From Phoronis australis (Eukaryota > Animalia > Phoronida): a stretch of 64,000 nt of DNA. This document shows positions 36,001-45,741 of this stretch, in pieces (positions within the stretch are counted from its first letter, which is position 1; each line of letters starts with the position of its first letter). Location of the stretch: assembly GCA_002633005.1 (NCBI GenBank), contig NMRA01000436.1, positions 124,001-188,000 on the forward strand, in the 5' to 3' direction. The notes beneath the pieces are model-generated. The model saw only the letters and a list, made by a program, of their open reading frames with translations. It had not been told where the DNA came from and made no database searches. Made by a program: the position numbers and the translations under genes.

Positions 36001-39000
36001 TTCCGACTTTCGTCTGTTTACCTCCTGTTGTGATTTAACCGCATGCTTGACATGTGCTGGGCAGCGAGGGTGGCAAATACACTGATTTCAAAACATAAAT
36101 GGAACACTTGTGAACTAAGGGAAACTGTTAGTAGTTAGTTTGGAAGTCACCACAAATTTTGAAATTAACTTCAAATGAATTATAGTCTCTGACTTTGAAA
36201 CTCACTGTGGCAACTTCCTGGTGACTTGGGGCCGTCAAACACAATCCAAAGTCGCATTGGTGACCTGCAGGTCGCCAAATCAACCACTGCAACACATGCC
36301 TGGATCTGGTGTTGGCTTACGTAGCAAATGGCAATTTAAGGCTTCACACTATAGCTTGGATGACAGGGAAATGTATTTAAACTGCACACTGTTAACAAAT
36401 GGGTGACTTTCTTGTAACCCTCATTTTAGATGGATTAGATTGTAATTCTTTAAAAAGGAATATAAAGGACAAGTTTACGTGTGACATTTAAATGTTGGAG
36501 AACATTACAAAAAATTATGCATGGTCAGAAATTTTAATTGTGATGCCAATTTCGTTGTGAACGGACTGCATATAGAGGTGTTGTGAAAGGATTGCTAATG
36601 GAGGTGCTGCGAATTGGAAAAGAGGTTTGCTTATTTTGCCATTTTCCCCCTGTCAATTCCTAGAGCTAGACATTCATTGATAAACAGCTAGCTATCAGGC
36701 CAGGAAAAACCTAAAGCTAAATAATATAGCCCAAAACCAAGTGGAGAATGGGAATGGAGAAAACCTAATGAGTTAGCTGGCCAGCTAGTTGTTAGCAGAC
36801 TATACTTAAAATACAGCTAGGAACCGCGATGTGTTCAACCACAATATACTTTGAAATTTCACACTGTCTGATTAGTTGTGCTCGTTGCCAAGGCTAGGTC
36901 TAGAGTAGCCTTGGTACAAAGCTGTAAACAAAATACACAGCTTCGTGCCAATGTGGGTAAAAAACTGACCACGAGAGAAAAATTAGTGCCATTAAAAACT
37001 ACACCCTTCCTTGAGTACACAAAATGATTTACTGGTGTTGGGAAAATTGGCATTCTACCGTTATTCAGTAGATAAAGTTGTGGAGCGATCTTTTGCATCC
37101 ACTTTCGGCGCCATGAAATATTGTGTCACCTATTGGCCAGTTTCTTTTTTCGCCGATTCTTCAATCAACTGTTGCTCTTTCATGAGGTTGCGTACACGTC
37201 ACAACAAATTATCGGAAGTTTTTAGAATTTTGATACCAGGAAACCGAATTTTAGAAGAACGTTTTTCTGCTGCCAAGCTATCATCATAACTATTCTTTGT
37301 TAGAAACGGCAGAGGATTATGCAAGAAAATGAAGTTGATTAGATTGTTTTTCATGGCTGTAACAGGCAAGGTGAGTATCGGTTGATTCCCAGATTTTGCA
37401 TGTACCCTGTCCGATCTTTAGCTTTCCATGTTGATACAGGTTTCACGGCAAGGTGACGTGCAGAACTTCCCTGGCTGTGTGCAATTTCGGGGTCTATGGA
37501 AGATTAACACACAGTGGTACCAAGCTGTATTTTGACGACAGTCTTCATACAGCTAGCTAGCTGGCTAGGTCTACAGTAGCCAGCCAGTTAGCTGTATGAA
37601 AAATATGATCAAAATACAGCTAAGTAACATTGTGTGTACTTCTTCCGTAGACCTCGAAATTGCACACACCCAGGGTAGTTCTACTCGTCACCTCGCCGTG
37701 AAACCTGTATCAACATGTAAAGCTAAAGACCGGACGGGGTGCATGCAATATCTGGGAATCAACCGATACTCACCTTTCCCATTATAGCCGTTTAAGTGAA
37801 AAACAATGCAATAAACGTCATTTTCATGCGTAACTTTCCGCCTTTTCTAACAACAAAAAGTATGTCGTCGTTTTGGAAACAGTACGCTCGTGTAAGGCGC
37901 ACGCACCATTTCCTAAATTTTTGCGGCAACTTCGCAGCAGCAAAACTTGTTCTGAAATTTGGTTTTTCGGTTATCGAAATTCTAAAGACTTATAATGAAG
38001 TGAAACCACTTCCAATAATTTGCTGTGACATGTACGCAAGCTCGTGAAAGAATAACAGTTGATTGAAGAATCGGCGAAAAAAGAAACTGGCCAATAGGCG
38101 ACGCAGTATTTTATGGCGCCAAAAGCCGTCACTAAAGATCGCTCCACGACATTTTTTACAACACCGTTCAATAATTTTGTTTACTCAAAGAAGGCTGTAG
38201 TTTTTAATGACATTAATTTTGTGTCAGATTTTATATTAACACTTTTTACCCACATCGGTGCAAAGCTGTATATTTAGTATATAGCTTTGTACCAAGGCTA
38301 GGTCTACAGATACTCACAGGCAGCCTCAGCTTCTGATCGTCCCCAATACATTATATAATACTACAAGGTATGACACTCCAGACTAGAAATTCCACGGGGG
38401 CTTCACTTCAGCCGTCCACAGCAAACACAAAACTCAATAAATTTACACAAAACAGAGGTTCAACAAAATGTGAGGAATTGTTCTTTCTCACAATACCATT
38501 TATGGTGTCCTGCTCCACAGAGTTCGCAAGAAATTTGCGGTCAAAGCCCAAAAATCTTACCTAAAAGTCCTTCCGGAGCAACTGCCGTGACATACGCAAA
38601 GGGTGCTGAATTATCCGATAAGTTAAAATGAACGGCAATTGCCGAGTTATCGATGCCGTGACTTTCCGTGATGAATCGGCAATTGCCGTTCATCCGTAAC
38701 TCACCGGATAATTCCGTACCCTTAGCGTGTGACACGGGATTTGCTCCGGATGGACTGTATGGGAAGATTTTTGTGCTTTGACCACGAATTTCTTGCGAAC
38801 TCGGTGGAGCAGGACACCATGAATGATATTGGGAGAAAGAACAATTCCTCATGGTTTGTTGAACCACAGTTTTATGTAAACTTATTGTGTTTTATGTTTG
38901 TTATGGACGGCTGAAATGAAGCACCGTAGAATTTTTAGTATGTAGTGTCATACCTTGTAGTATTATAAAGTGTATTGGGGACGATCAGAAGCTGAGGACG

Positions 39001-39217
39001 CCTGTGCCATCACCAGGCCAAGACAAATGAAATGACGCGAGAACACTGCCGCCTAATCATTCCACACATTCAGGAGAGCCATCTCAAGTTTCCACTCAAA
39101 CAAGTACAGATACAAACCAACTACATATCTCTGAGTGTAGTAGCGTTCTATAACACTGGCGTGCTGCAAAGACACTGCAACATTTGGTAACGTCGAGGAT
39201 TTTTCATGTTCCTCCAT
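8930..39217 (-). CDS. ABITRAM: ABITRAM/Simiate (FAM206A) gene, complete spliced CDS join(39118..39217,34124..34175,32672..32801,31500..31646,8930..9076), 191 aa
   Basis: Five exons join through GT-AG introns with consistent phases (1,2,0,0) to give 576 nt ending in TGA. Translation: MEEHEK...SVIERYYTQRYVVGVGGCSDEHHCILVHSNGICVVTIAQTHP...NRLENKVSGKGKKGAQAL...YSCLRGHLMEVNENL...PQGEGYVAII. This matches recalled vertebrate ABITRAM motifs (DRYFTR, DHCILQHSNRICVITLA, NKVSGKFKRGAQ, RGRLMEVNENI, PSTEGYIAVV). An in-frame ATG at 39256 would add 13 aa. Confidence 0.93.
9227..10080. mobile_element. Crypton-like non-autonomous element (tentative)
   Basis: Subterminal inverted repeats AACGTACGGGATGAT (9233-9247) / ATCATCCCGTGCGTT (10046-10060), an internal ~100-bp hairpin at 9252-9351 with a GAAGCCCGA loop, and no obvious TSD. 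The superfamily call is inference. Confidence 0.4.
10432..10814 (-). mobile_element. 383-bp internally deleted MITE of the same Kolobok-like family (copy B)
   Basis: TTAA|AGGAGAATGCCACCC...GGCATTCTCCT|TTAA; aligns to both ends of copy A. Confidence 0.8.
12080..13421 (-). mobile_element. 5'-truncated CR1/L2-type LINE with inverted 5' segment
   Basis: Minus strand: [51 protein letters not shown]. Plus strand 13349-13420: WKHGIMEPILKEDSKTEVSNYRPI. Confidence 0.85.
13491..13891. mobile_element. Harbinger-like MITE
   Basis: ~45-bp TIR GGCCCGGTCTCCAATCTTTTTACTCGGAA / TTTCGAGTACAAAGATTAGAGACCGGGCC, flanks CTG and CCG. Confidence 0.7.
15841..15897. repeat. perfect 28-bp tandem duplication
   Basis: GTGGACAGAGACAACCGGTGGCGGCCTA x2, period 29. 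Confidence 0.9.
15968..16665 (+). mobile_element. Helentron-associated (HINE/DINE-1/pearl-like) non-autonomous element
   Basis: Starts in a T-run, has a (CCGT)n microsatellite at 16019-16066, degenerate internal tandem units (CGATTATCTC...GCACCAGTC) and a 3' stem-loop GTGCTCT...AGAGCAC near a T-rich end. Confidence 0.55.
17410..18740 (+). mobile_element. Kolobok-like THAP element, inverted and truncated (copy C)
   Basis: Reverse complement of about 2723-4047. Starts TTAA|AGGAGAATGCCACCCGA; the THAP frame (~17570-17780) has stops; the second TIR is missing. Confidence 0.78.
19374..19486. mobile_element. small Harbinger-like MITE
   Basis: GGGCCTGGGTTGCATAAAACTTC / GAACTTTTATGCAACTGGGCCC inverted ends with CAG/CTG flanks. 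Confidence 0.6.
19770..20738. mobile_element. non-autonomous TIR element (CAGTGGCGGATC family) with 5-bp TSD CATGG, spans assembly gap
   Basis: CATGG|CAGTGGCGGATCTAGG...CCTAAATCCGCCTATG|CATGG. Confidence 0.65.
20630..20701. other. assembly gap
   Basis: Run of N. Confidence 0.99.
20832..21227. mobile_element. Harbinger-like MITE with TTA TSD
   Basis: TTA|AGTGCCGTTTACAC...GTCTAAACGGGACT|TTA with repeated internal TTGACACGG/CCGTGTCA motifs. Confidence 0.7.
23045..24430 (+). mobile_element. Harbinger-like insertion nested in the LINE, with Myb/SANT-like remnant and further nested MITEs
   Basis: Interrupts ORF2 between EWK and FQMKIVH. AAACCAGGTTTAA-type motifs recur at both ends, and the plus frame near 23420-23470 reads KQQAWRDIA. 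Boundaries are approximate. Confidence 0.5.
27461..27612. repeat. minisatellite, 8 perfect copies of 19 bp
   Basis: (GACTGTTGGCATTAAAAAA)x8. Confidence 0.97.
30136..30296. repeat. 79-bp tandem duplication
   Basis: ACTAAAATATTAGACATTTT...CCAGTAGTGT x2 with two substitutions. Confidence 0.92.
31500..31646 (-). CDS. ABITRAM: ABITRAM coding exon 4
   Basis: Acceptor ttcttattttcag, GAQALGKDSVLCEVTCADNSKYKIYSCLRGHLMEVNENLVDNASLLQTK, donor AAG|gtattg. Confidence 0.94.
32672..32801 (-). CDS. ABITRAM: ABITRAM coding exon 3
   Basis: Acceptor tgtgctctttag, ICVVTIAQTHPIVACSKQVAKVDFNVGGKINRLENKVSGKGKK, donor AAG|gtttgt. Confidence 0.93.
33791..34023. repeat. minisatellite, 5 copies of 46 bp
   Basis: CAGTGAATTACAACTGTGA(T/G)AAATGACCACACCAATGGTGCACTAG x5. 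Confidence 0.97.
34124..34175 (-). CDS. ABITRAM: ABITRAM coding exon 2
   Basis: Acceptor tctctgtatttccag, VGGCSDEHHCILVHSN, donor GG|gtaagc. Confidence 0.92.
34364..35156. mobile_element. possible MITE with internal G-rich repeats
   Basis: AGGCTGGCTCACACTAG...CTAGCGTGAGCCT ends; four TAACCC...GGGG units at ~34866-35080. Confidence 0.4.
36906..37567 (-). mobile_element. Academ(H)-like non-autonomous element, copy 1 (9-bp TSD)
   Basis: TAGCC...GGCTA termini, flanked by GGTCTAGAG (36897-36905) and GGTCTACAG (37568-37576). Strand label is relative to copy 2. Confidence 0.7.
37577..38300 (+). mobile_element. Academ(H)-like non-autonomous element, copy 2, inverted relative to copy 1
   Basis: TAGCC...GGCTA termini, flanked by GGTCTACAG at 37568-37576 and 38301-38309; a diverged reverse-complement homolog of copy 1. 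Confidence 0.72.
38315..39006. mobile_element. 692-bp foldback (whole-element hairpin) MITE with CACAG termini
   Basis: CACAGGCAGCCTCAGCTTCTGATCGTCCCCAATAC... pairs with ...GTATTGGGGACGATCAGAAGCTGAGGACGCCTGTG. Complementarity continues to a ~20-nt loop near 38660. No clean TSD. Confidence 0.8.
39118..39217 (-). CDS. ABITRAM: ABITRAM coding exon 1
   Basis: MEEHEKSSTLPNVAVSLQHASVIERYYTQRYVV+G, donor G|gtttgt; start ATG could be 39217 or 39256. Confidence 0.85.
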
Positions 39218-40477
39218 TGTACTGTTTTTGTGGTTTTTAATTTTAAAGAGCATCATGTGCGACCTCTGGTGGCCAAAGAAATCAGGCGCCGCCGCGGTCA
39301 GCTAATACACAACTAGTAAAGTGCATTAAAAACAACCGACACACAGTCGTATATATGTGTACAGTGTGTATTCCGGAGATCTTCGCGATCAAATGTCGCT
39401 TCAGTGGAGACCACTGTACATTATAATACAGACAGGTTGTTATTATCTCCTTAATATTGAACAAACGTTGAGAGATTAACATAAGTGGCCGATGCCGGCA
39501 TTGACTACATAAATAAATAGAATCAGATGCTCGTATTTAATCCATTCAACAACCGGAATCAGTTTTTGCATGTATTTTTTTCAAAACAGTTTCTCCATAA
39601 AATTGTCCACATACGGGGAGCGTCAGGTTTTTCACGGATTTTCATTCAGATTGGAAATGTGGTCGTGGGGCCGCACTATAGTATAGTCAGTGATTAAGTT
39701 AGTGAAGTCGAGGGTCATACTCAAACACTAAGAGATATACGGAATGATAGCCCACTGGCAATCTCGCGTGGTCACGTCTTTACGTCCGTACGACGGTCCA
39801 GATGACAATGAAAGCGTTTAGAAGTGGTCGTGGACTATAAGGGACTCCGGGACATATCGCTGGGCAAACCGCTGACTCACTGCCGATGCATGGTGGGGAC
39901 GAGGGACTGAGGGGCAGAACCAGCACCGAGTGGTGACTGAGAGCAGTGATAGTTCACTATTTCCTCTCCTTTGGAAGAAAATGGTTGGCGACCTCTAAAT
40001 CGAGTACAGGCACTGGCGCCACCGAGGGCGCCATGTTATGAAGAAATCAAGCACACTGACCATAAAATTAGGCCTACTATTACATGTATATTGAGCCTGT
40101 CTCCTGTTTAATCCATATTATAAAGGTGCAAGTATGTTCACGTGTGTATACTATTCCAGGAACATTGCCGGGTGTCTTTCAGTTAGGTCCACTCCGCACT
40201 ACTGTACAGGCATGTAGGCTACATCGAGTGTCTCTCACGTGCTACTAAATGCAGTGTCAACATCAATGACAGCGCTTTCCCGTTCAGTGACTTTACCCTA
40301 TGAAGGGGGTTGTGAACGTGTGATAACATATCTAGCTTCTTTATTAACTGCCAAGCACAGTCTTTTGTCCCGGCGTTGCGACAACAGGCACGCCAATTAT
40401 CTACCAGCATTACAGCGTCCTGTCGTTAAGTAACTTTTCCAGACGTGAGGGGTGCTGAACGTGCGATAATATCTGGC

Positions 40478-41058
40478 TTAACTTAACTTTCATTTTATCA
40501 GCCCACCCCAGTCAGGCTAGACATGATCTGATCGGAGATTGGAGCATTATCAAACAAAAGAGCGCAGGCCCTCCAACCATCAACGCCAGAATGGAGTTAA
40601 TTGGCTACGGTTGGTAAACTTCCCAACTTGTTGTTGGGCTATACAACCGAACAAGTTGGGAGCAACGGGATGTCGCCGTCATGGGCTTGTTACAGTTAGA
40701 CCATGCACGTGTACACATTCGGAAAGAATGGATTATCGTAACTTTGGTTGCAGTTGGGCGATTTTAGTTGGCGATTCAAAAACTAAACATGATCACCATT
40801 TGACAAGGATTTCAGGCATGTTATTGGTTTAATGTTCAAACATGTTATAACTTAACTTTTATTTTTAACCGACCACAGGCCAGTCAGGCTAGATATGATC
40901 TTAAAGATTAGAACAATTATCGAACAAAAGAGAGCTGGCCCTGCAACCATGAATGCCAGAATGGAGTTAATCAGTATTGCAAACTTCTCAACTAATTGTT
41001 GTTGAGCTATAGAAACGAACGAGTGGGGAGCAACGGGAAAACGCCGTAATGAGTTCAT
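40478..41058. repeat. diverged ~210-bp direct duplication
   Basis: 40478-40690 and 40848-41058 share TAACTTAACTTT, CAGTCAGGCTAGA, GCCAGAATGGAGTTAAT and GGGAGCAACGGGA. Confidence 0.8.
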
Positions 41059-42012
41059 AGGTACGTCCATGTAGGCTTTGCTATATAGACATGACCACTA
41101 AAATCTCTTTGGCATAGACGATGAAAATACACCTCGTGATTCGGCCCCCATCGTTATTCGGCCATCCTCCATTGAACTCATGACTGTTGAGCACCTGGAC
41201 GTGCGACGTCACTATCGGAAAGGACGGACTTAGCAGTTTTTTTCCGTGGGGTGGCGTTATAAGCTGTTCTCAGAATTATTCGACATCTCTTTTCATGCAT
41301 ATGCTTCCCCGGTCATTTTTATATAAGTAGATTCCCTGTGATTCCTAGTGTTTGCCGCTGTCCGGTGGGTCGAGATTCTTGCAATATTTCGTAATGCGCG
41401 TACCTATTTTCCGGCGTCCTGTCTCACCGACATATTCAAAATCGCAATTTGCTCGCGGAGCCTTGTACTAGACCACACCTCAGCAATCGTACGTGTTCCT
41501 CTTCCCGTTCGGGTTGACAAGGCAGCATTACAATTTAAATACCGGTTGACGTTCATTAGGCAAACCTTACGCTAAAAAGATTTGCACGCAATTGGACGAC
41601 TAAAAGCGTGCTTCGTTTACCCCCGAGTATCCAGTGAAGTCCTCGGCACATCAACGCCTTGATGGCGCCGTCACAGATTGAAGGGTGCTACTCGCTATCC
41701 ATGGGGTGGGCTTGGCTGAATGTGATGCATGAGATTGCGGTCGTTAGCCAACACTGTTTAGGGTTCGAGTTCAAATTCAAAAACTGAACAATGAGTTTAG
41801 ACTACATGACTGTTTTTAAAACTGAAAAGTAAATATTACGAGTCTTTGAATTTTAAAAATCGACGCATTATAATATAAATTATCAAATTTTCTTCAGCAT
41901 CGCGGTTAATCCCCGAGCAATTTGAGAATTGATTATGACGTGACAAAATCACAAATGTTAGCATAAGATTTGTCTCAATGCCTGCTATGTACTGCAAATC
42001 CGCCGTACCGAT

Positions 42013-42085
42013 ATATAGGCGGTGCAGTAGTAGGGGTGGGGGGTGTTGGTATAGCCCCTCAGCCCCCTATGGTGCACCGCCCATG
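42013..42085. mobile_element. short GC-rich MITE family; related copies ~49624-49692, ~50722-50786, ~52245-52372
   Basis: Shared TATAGCCCC...CCCCCTATGGTGCACCGCCCATG end motif. Confidence 0.5.
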
Positions 42086-42615
42086 GGATAGACTGATACG
42101 TGCCATTATTTGTTTATGCTGCGTTCGTTTTCTCATCTTATGGCACTTTAATATAATAGAACAAGAGATAATGTCTTTCAATAATCCACGCATTTGTAAT
42201 GTAATATTTCGAACAATCGATTTCTACAGTTTAGTGCAGTACAAATAGACAACTTAAAATTTGCAACAATGAAGACAAGACGAAATTACTGTACTGCACA
42301 CCCCGTAACGAATGAACGGCTAGGTATCCCTGCAGTATTATCTTTTTAAACGCCCATATACAAATATTAAAGGCGTCTTTCGAAACCTAAAAACATAAAA
42401 GTGCTCTAATCAAAAGAGGGATACCTTAAGACAGAACGACACTTCCTTTTGTTGTTGACGGGACTAGCCATCTTCTCTGCTTCATTCATCAAACAGATAC
42501 TAAAGGAAAGCTCTCAATTTTGTTGCACGCTTTAGAGCACAATGCAAAGATATAGTGAAAACATGGGCTTTTTATCTAACATTAAGCCAGCGACTGATGT
42601 GATATTAGTCTCCAC

Positions 42616-45600
42616 CTAAAGACAATCTGTCACTAGCCTTTGTATCACTCCACCACGTTTTGTCCTATATGTTCGAAACTGAAGCGCAGCATTGGACGAT
42701 GATGCTTTGTTCCCTGTCTCACAATATGAAGTTGTCGACCGCACATTCTGGTGGGAAATCGATCCGCCATAAAAGCAAGGCAGAACTTGAGGCTGGGATT
42801 CCTTTTGATCTTTGAGCGAACTCGCTGGTCTAAATAACAAATCTTTGGCCGTATCGTCATTAGAAGTTTGCCAAGTTTGACAGTTGTCTAAAGAAAAACT
42901 AGCCATGACGTCACTCTGCCTGTTGCAATTATTATTGTTGGAGGATCCATTATCCTGCACGGTACTGCTGACGGACATCAGGGGTTTTGCCACAGGGGAC
43001 GGGACCAGAACACAATTGGCGGTTACACGTCTCAGATTACGCTGAGTGTGAGGCGATCTCACATTTTTATGAGGATTTCCGCTTGTCCATCTACTGTTAG
43101 ATATTGCGTTTGCGAGAGCGGCATGTCCTGGACTCGACTGACACAAACACGAGGGGGCAGTACTATGCGAAATGTAATGTTCTGTTGCAGTCGGTTTTTG
43201 TGCAGATTCAGTAGCAAGTTTATCAAATAGTTTTCGCAACTCTTTAATGTTAATGAGCTTTGTGTCCTTGCTTTCTGGGTCTAGAGAACCTATTTCACTC
43301 TTTGGTTCATTGTTTCGGTTTGCGAATATGCACGTAGAGACGTCGTTGATTTTAGTTTGATGTTTTATGTCTTGGAGTGGTTCTTTATCTAGTTTAATCT
43401 GCACGAGATTTGCTGGGTTCCGCCCGCTGTTTTCGTGAACCAACTTGGGGTGACGAACTTCTACTATGTTGTTGAACATCATCTTGTTGTTGGTCAAGTT
43501 AGTAGAGTTATGTAGAGGTGGTTGTTGGTAGTGCCTGTTCCACTGAGGGGGTCCAAACTGGTTTTGGGGACCCATGTAGTTCGGTGGAAGCATTCCTTGT
43601 CCTTCGTGCATCATCCCCGGATGTATGTACCGCGGTTGGGGAAAAGGATGCGGCTGCCTGTGTTGCTGTCCGGGCAATGGGTAAGGTGGTCTAAAGATAT
43701 TCATTGGCTGCGTCATGGAGACACTTCCATCGTTGGCTCTGTTGAAAGGTTGTTGCTGTGGCTGATGGTGTTGCCATCGGAACTGTCCGTTACTCATGCA
43801 CGGATTTGGTGGCAGAGGTTGCCTGTAACTAGGGATTTGTGGGTATCCCTGGTGGGGGTCTCGGAACATGGAGGGATGTTGATTTGTTTGTTGACTCGGA
43901 TGTGTGTTAACTTGCCACTGGTTGGAGACATATTGCGACTGGAACATGGGTGGTTGGGAAAAGTCGTGTGCACCATGAACTGGGTTCTGATTTTGACTTG
44001 GAGGACGTGCCCATGTGTTTGGAAATCCAGGAGGAGGAACTTGCAAAGACGGTTTGCTTGGTACTTGCTGATTGTGCATCTCCCGCATCTGCATCATCTG
44101 AAGATAACTTGGTGTGGTGGCACGCATGTTCATCATGGCAGCCGCGTTTGGAGGTTGCGGCTGAGGCGGTGGCGGTACCGTCCAAGCTGGGTTGTGCGTT
44201 CTTTCGCCTGCCTGTGACGTTGCCGAGGTACAATAATCGTCAGATCTGGCCATTTGCAAATGGAGGTCCATGTTTTGAAATGGACGTCGATCAGTGCCTT
44301 CCAACAAAATACCACATTCGTCCTTCTGTGTACTGTAGACATTGGTGTCTGACATTGACTTGCGACTTAAAGCACTCTCAAATTCTTCGTTGTACACAAG
44401 CCGTCGCCTAACTGTCTTTTCCCGCCGCTTGTCGTCAGTGTCACGTTTGCTCGAGTCGTCCACGTTTTCTTCACTTTTGGCCAAAAAAATCTGCATACTT
44501 CTATTATTCAATTGTTCACGGCATTGTTGCGGCTTGTGCTTCTGTATATATGCCTGTATCTCTGGTAGGATATCACGTTTTATTTGCTTGTCTTCCTGTT
44601 TCTCACCCTTAGCTTTTGCGTTTATGTTGACTGTTGCAAAGGTTTTATTACTCATGTCAATATGCAACTTGTTTGTCAAATTTTGGTGCTCCCAAGACGA
44701 TGACCTCTTTGGTTTGATCACCGTTCCAATGTCTCCTTTCCGGGTCTCACAAGTTGTGGCACTAATCTTTTCTTGCCTATCCTCAGATGGGAAAAGCCAC
44801 AGGTACAAAACTTGTTCACTGAACAATGCCTTGGTTGCTTTTTCATCACTTTCCTTGGGCACGTTACATGCCTTGAGCACGTCATCTATTCCCCTTGTTG
44901 GGAACAAGAATGTATGTTTTACGTTCCATGGACTCAGGCAATTCGAACTGTTCGATACCCCAGTCTTGGTATCAAGAGGATTTAAAGATCTTAAATACAA
45001 TCTGTACAACAAAGTATGTTCCTCCAACACTCGTGTTACATTGTCAATTCCAATGAAAACGTTTCTATCAGTAGTGGCTTTGTCAACATCAAATGACAGA
45101 GAAGGTGCGGAACACTGCAGCCCTTTAAACTTTAGTCTTGGATCGAATGTGTTGTTATAATATACAGCCCAGGGGTAAACATTTGGCCATTTATATCCGA
45201 CAGTTCGCTTTGCCTCTAAGTATAGATTTTTGATTTTATTGTCTTTTAAATGAAGGTGTTTGTGCGGAGTTAGATTGACAAACTTAGGATTACTTGCGAG
45301 GTCGTAAACAAAATCTTCGTCTTCATAGAGTTGCAAAGCCTGTCTTGATATCACCTTTTCAACCAATGGGTGGAGAAAGTACTCAAACGATTGACCTGCG
45401 TTTACTGGCTTTTGGTCACCGATGACCGCTGGGTGAACGTTGCGGTTCATGTTTTCAGATAGCAAATTTATACGTGGCATATCGTGCCCCACGTTCGCCA
45501 AAAGGTCTGCAGCTGATACCAGTTCAAGTCTACGTTTAATTGACTCCGTTTGGTGTTGAATTTTTTCACAAACATAGTCATACCTATCGGTCATATCACT

Positions 45601-45741
45601 TTTCCAGTGTGAATTTGCGCATGTCTTCAAATATTCTTCAGCTGCAATATTAGAATAATCAACAGCTCGATGATCACTTTGTTCCGTGATATCCGACAAA
45701 AACGTTGTCAAACTTTCTTCATCTATGATCTCGTTTAACAT
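42616..45741 (-). CDS. intronless uncharacterised protein (~1041 aa) with central Gln/Pro/Asn-rich low-complexity region
   Basis: 3.1-kb stop-free frame in AT-rich DNA. The first ATG is at 45741 (AAG ATG, purine at -3), with an in-frame TGA 10 codons upstream; the track start at 45756 is TTG. No family recognised, and no RT, transposase or integrase motifs seen. Confidence 0.85.
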   Translation of the reverse strand: MLNEIIDEESLTTFLSDITEQSDHRAVDYSNIAAEEYLKTCANSHWKSDMTDRYDYVCEKIQHQTESIKRRLELVSAADLLANVGHDMPRINLLSENMNRNVHPAVIGDQKPVNAGQSFEYFLHPLVEKVISRQALQLYEDEDFVYDLASNPKFVNLTPHKHLHLKDNKIKNLYLEAKRTVGYKWPNVYPWAVYYNNTFDPRLKFKGLQCSAPSLSFDVDKATTDRNVFIGIDNVTRVLEEHTLLYRLYLRSLNPLDTKTGVSNSSNCLSPWNVKHTFLFPTRGIDDVLKACNVPKESDEKATKALFSEQVLYLWLFPSEDRQEKISATTCETRKGDIGTVIKPKRSSSWEHQNLTNKLHIDMSNKTFATVNINAKAKGEKQEDKQIKRDILPEIQAYIQKHKPQQCREQLNNRSMQIFLAKSEENVDDSSKRDTDDKRREKTVRRRLVYNEEFESALSRKSMSDTNVYSTQKDECGILLEGTDRRPFQNMDLHLQMARSDDYCTSATSQAGERTHNPAWTVPPPPQPQPPNAAAMMNMRATTPSYLQMMQMREMHNQQVPSKPSLQVPPPGFPNTWARPPSQNQNPVHGAHDFSQPPMFQSQYVSNQWQVNTHPSQQTNQHPSMFRDPHQGYPQIPSYRQPLPPNPCMSNGQFRWQHHQPQQQPFNRANDGSVSMTQPMNIFRPPYPLPGQQHRQPHPFPQPRYIHPGMMHEGQGMLPPNYMGPQNQFGPPQWNRHYQQPPLHNSTNLTNNKMMFNNIVEVRHPKLVHENSGRNPANLVQIKLDKEPLQDIKHQTKINDVSTCIFANRNNEPKSEIGSLDPESKDTKLINIKELRKLFDKLATESAQKPTATEHYISHSTAPSCLCQSSPGHAALANAISNSRWTSGNPHKNVRSPHTQRNLRRVTANCVLVPSPVAKPLMSVSSTVQDNGSSNNNNCNRQSDVMASFSLDNCQTWQTSNDDTAKDLLFRPASSLKDQKESQPQVLPCFYGGSISHQNVRSTTSYCETGNKASSSNAALQFRTYRTKRGGVIQRLVTDCL

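Noticed and set aside
43522-45160. Long plus-strand ORFs (231, 153 and 272 aa)
   Set aside because: They are antisense shadows of the 1041-aa ORF, with non-ATG starts and implausible composition.
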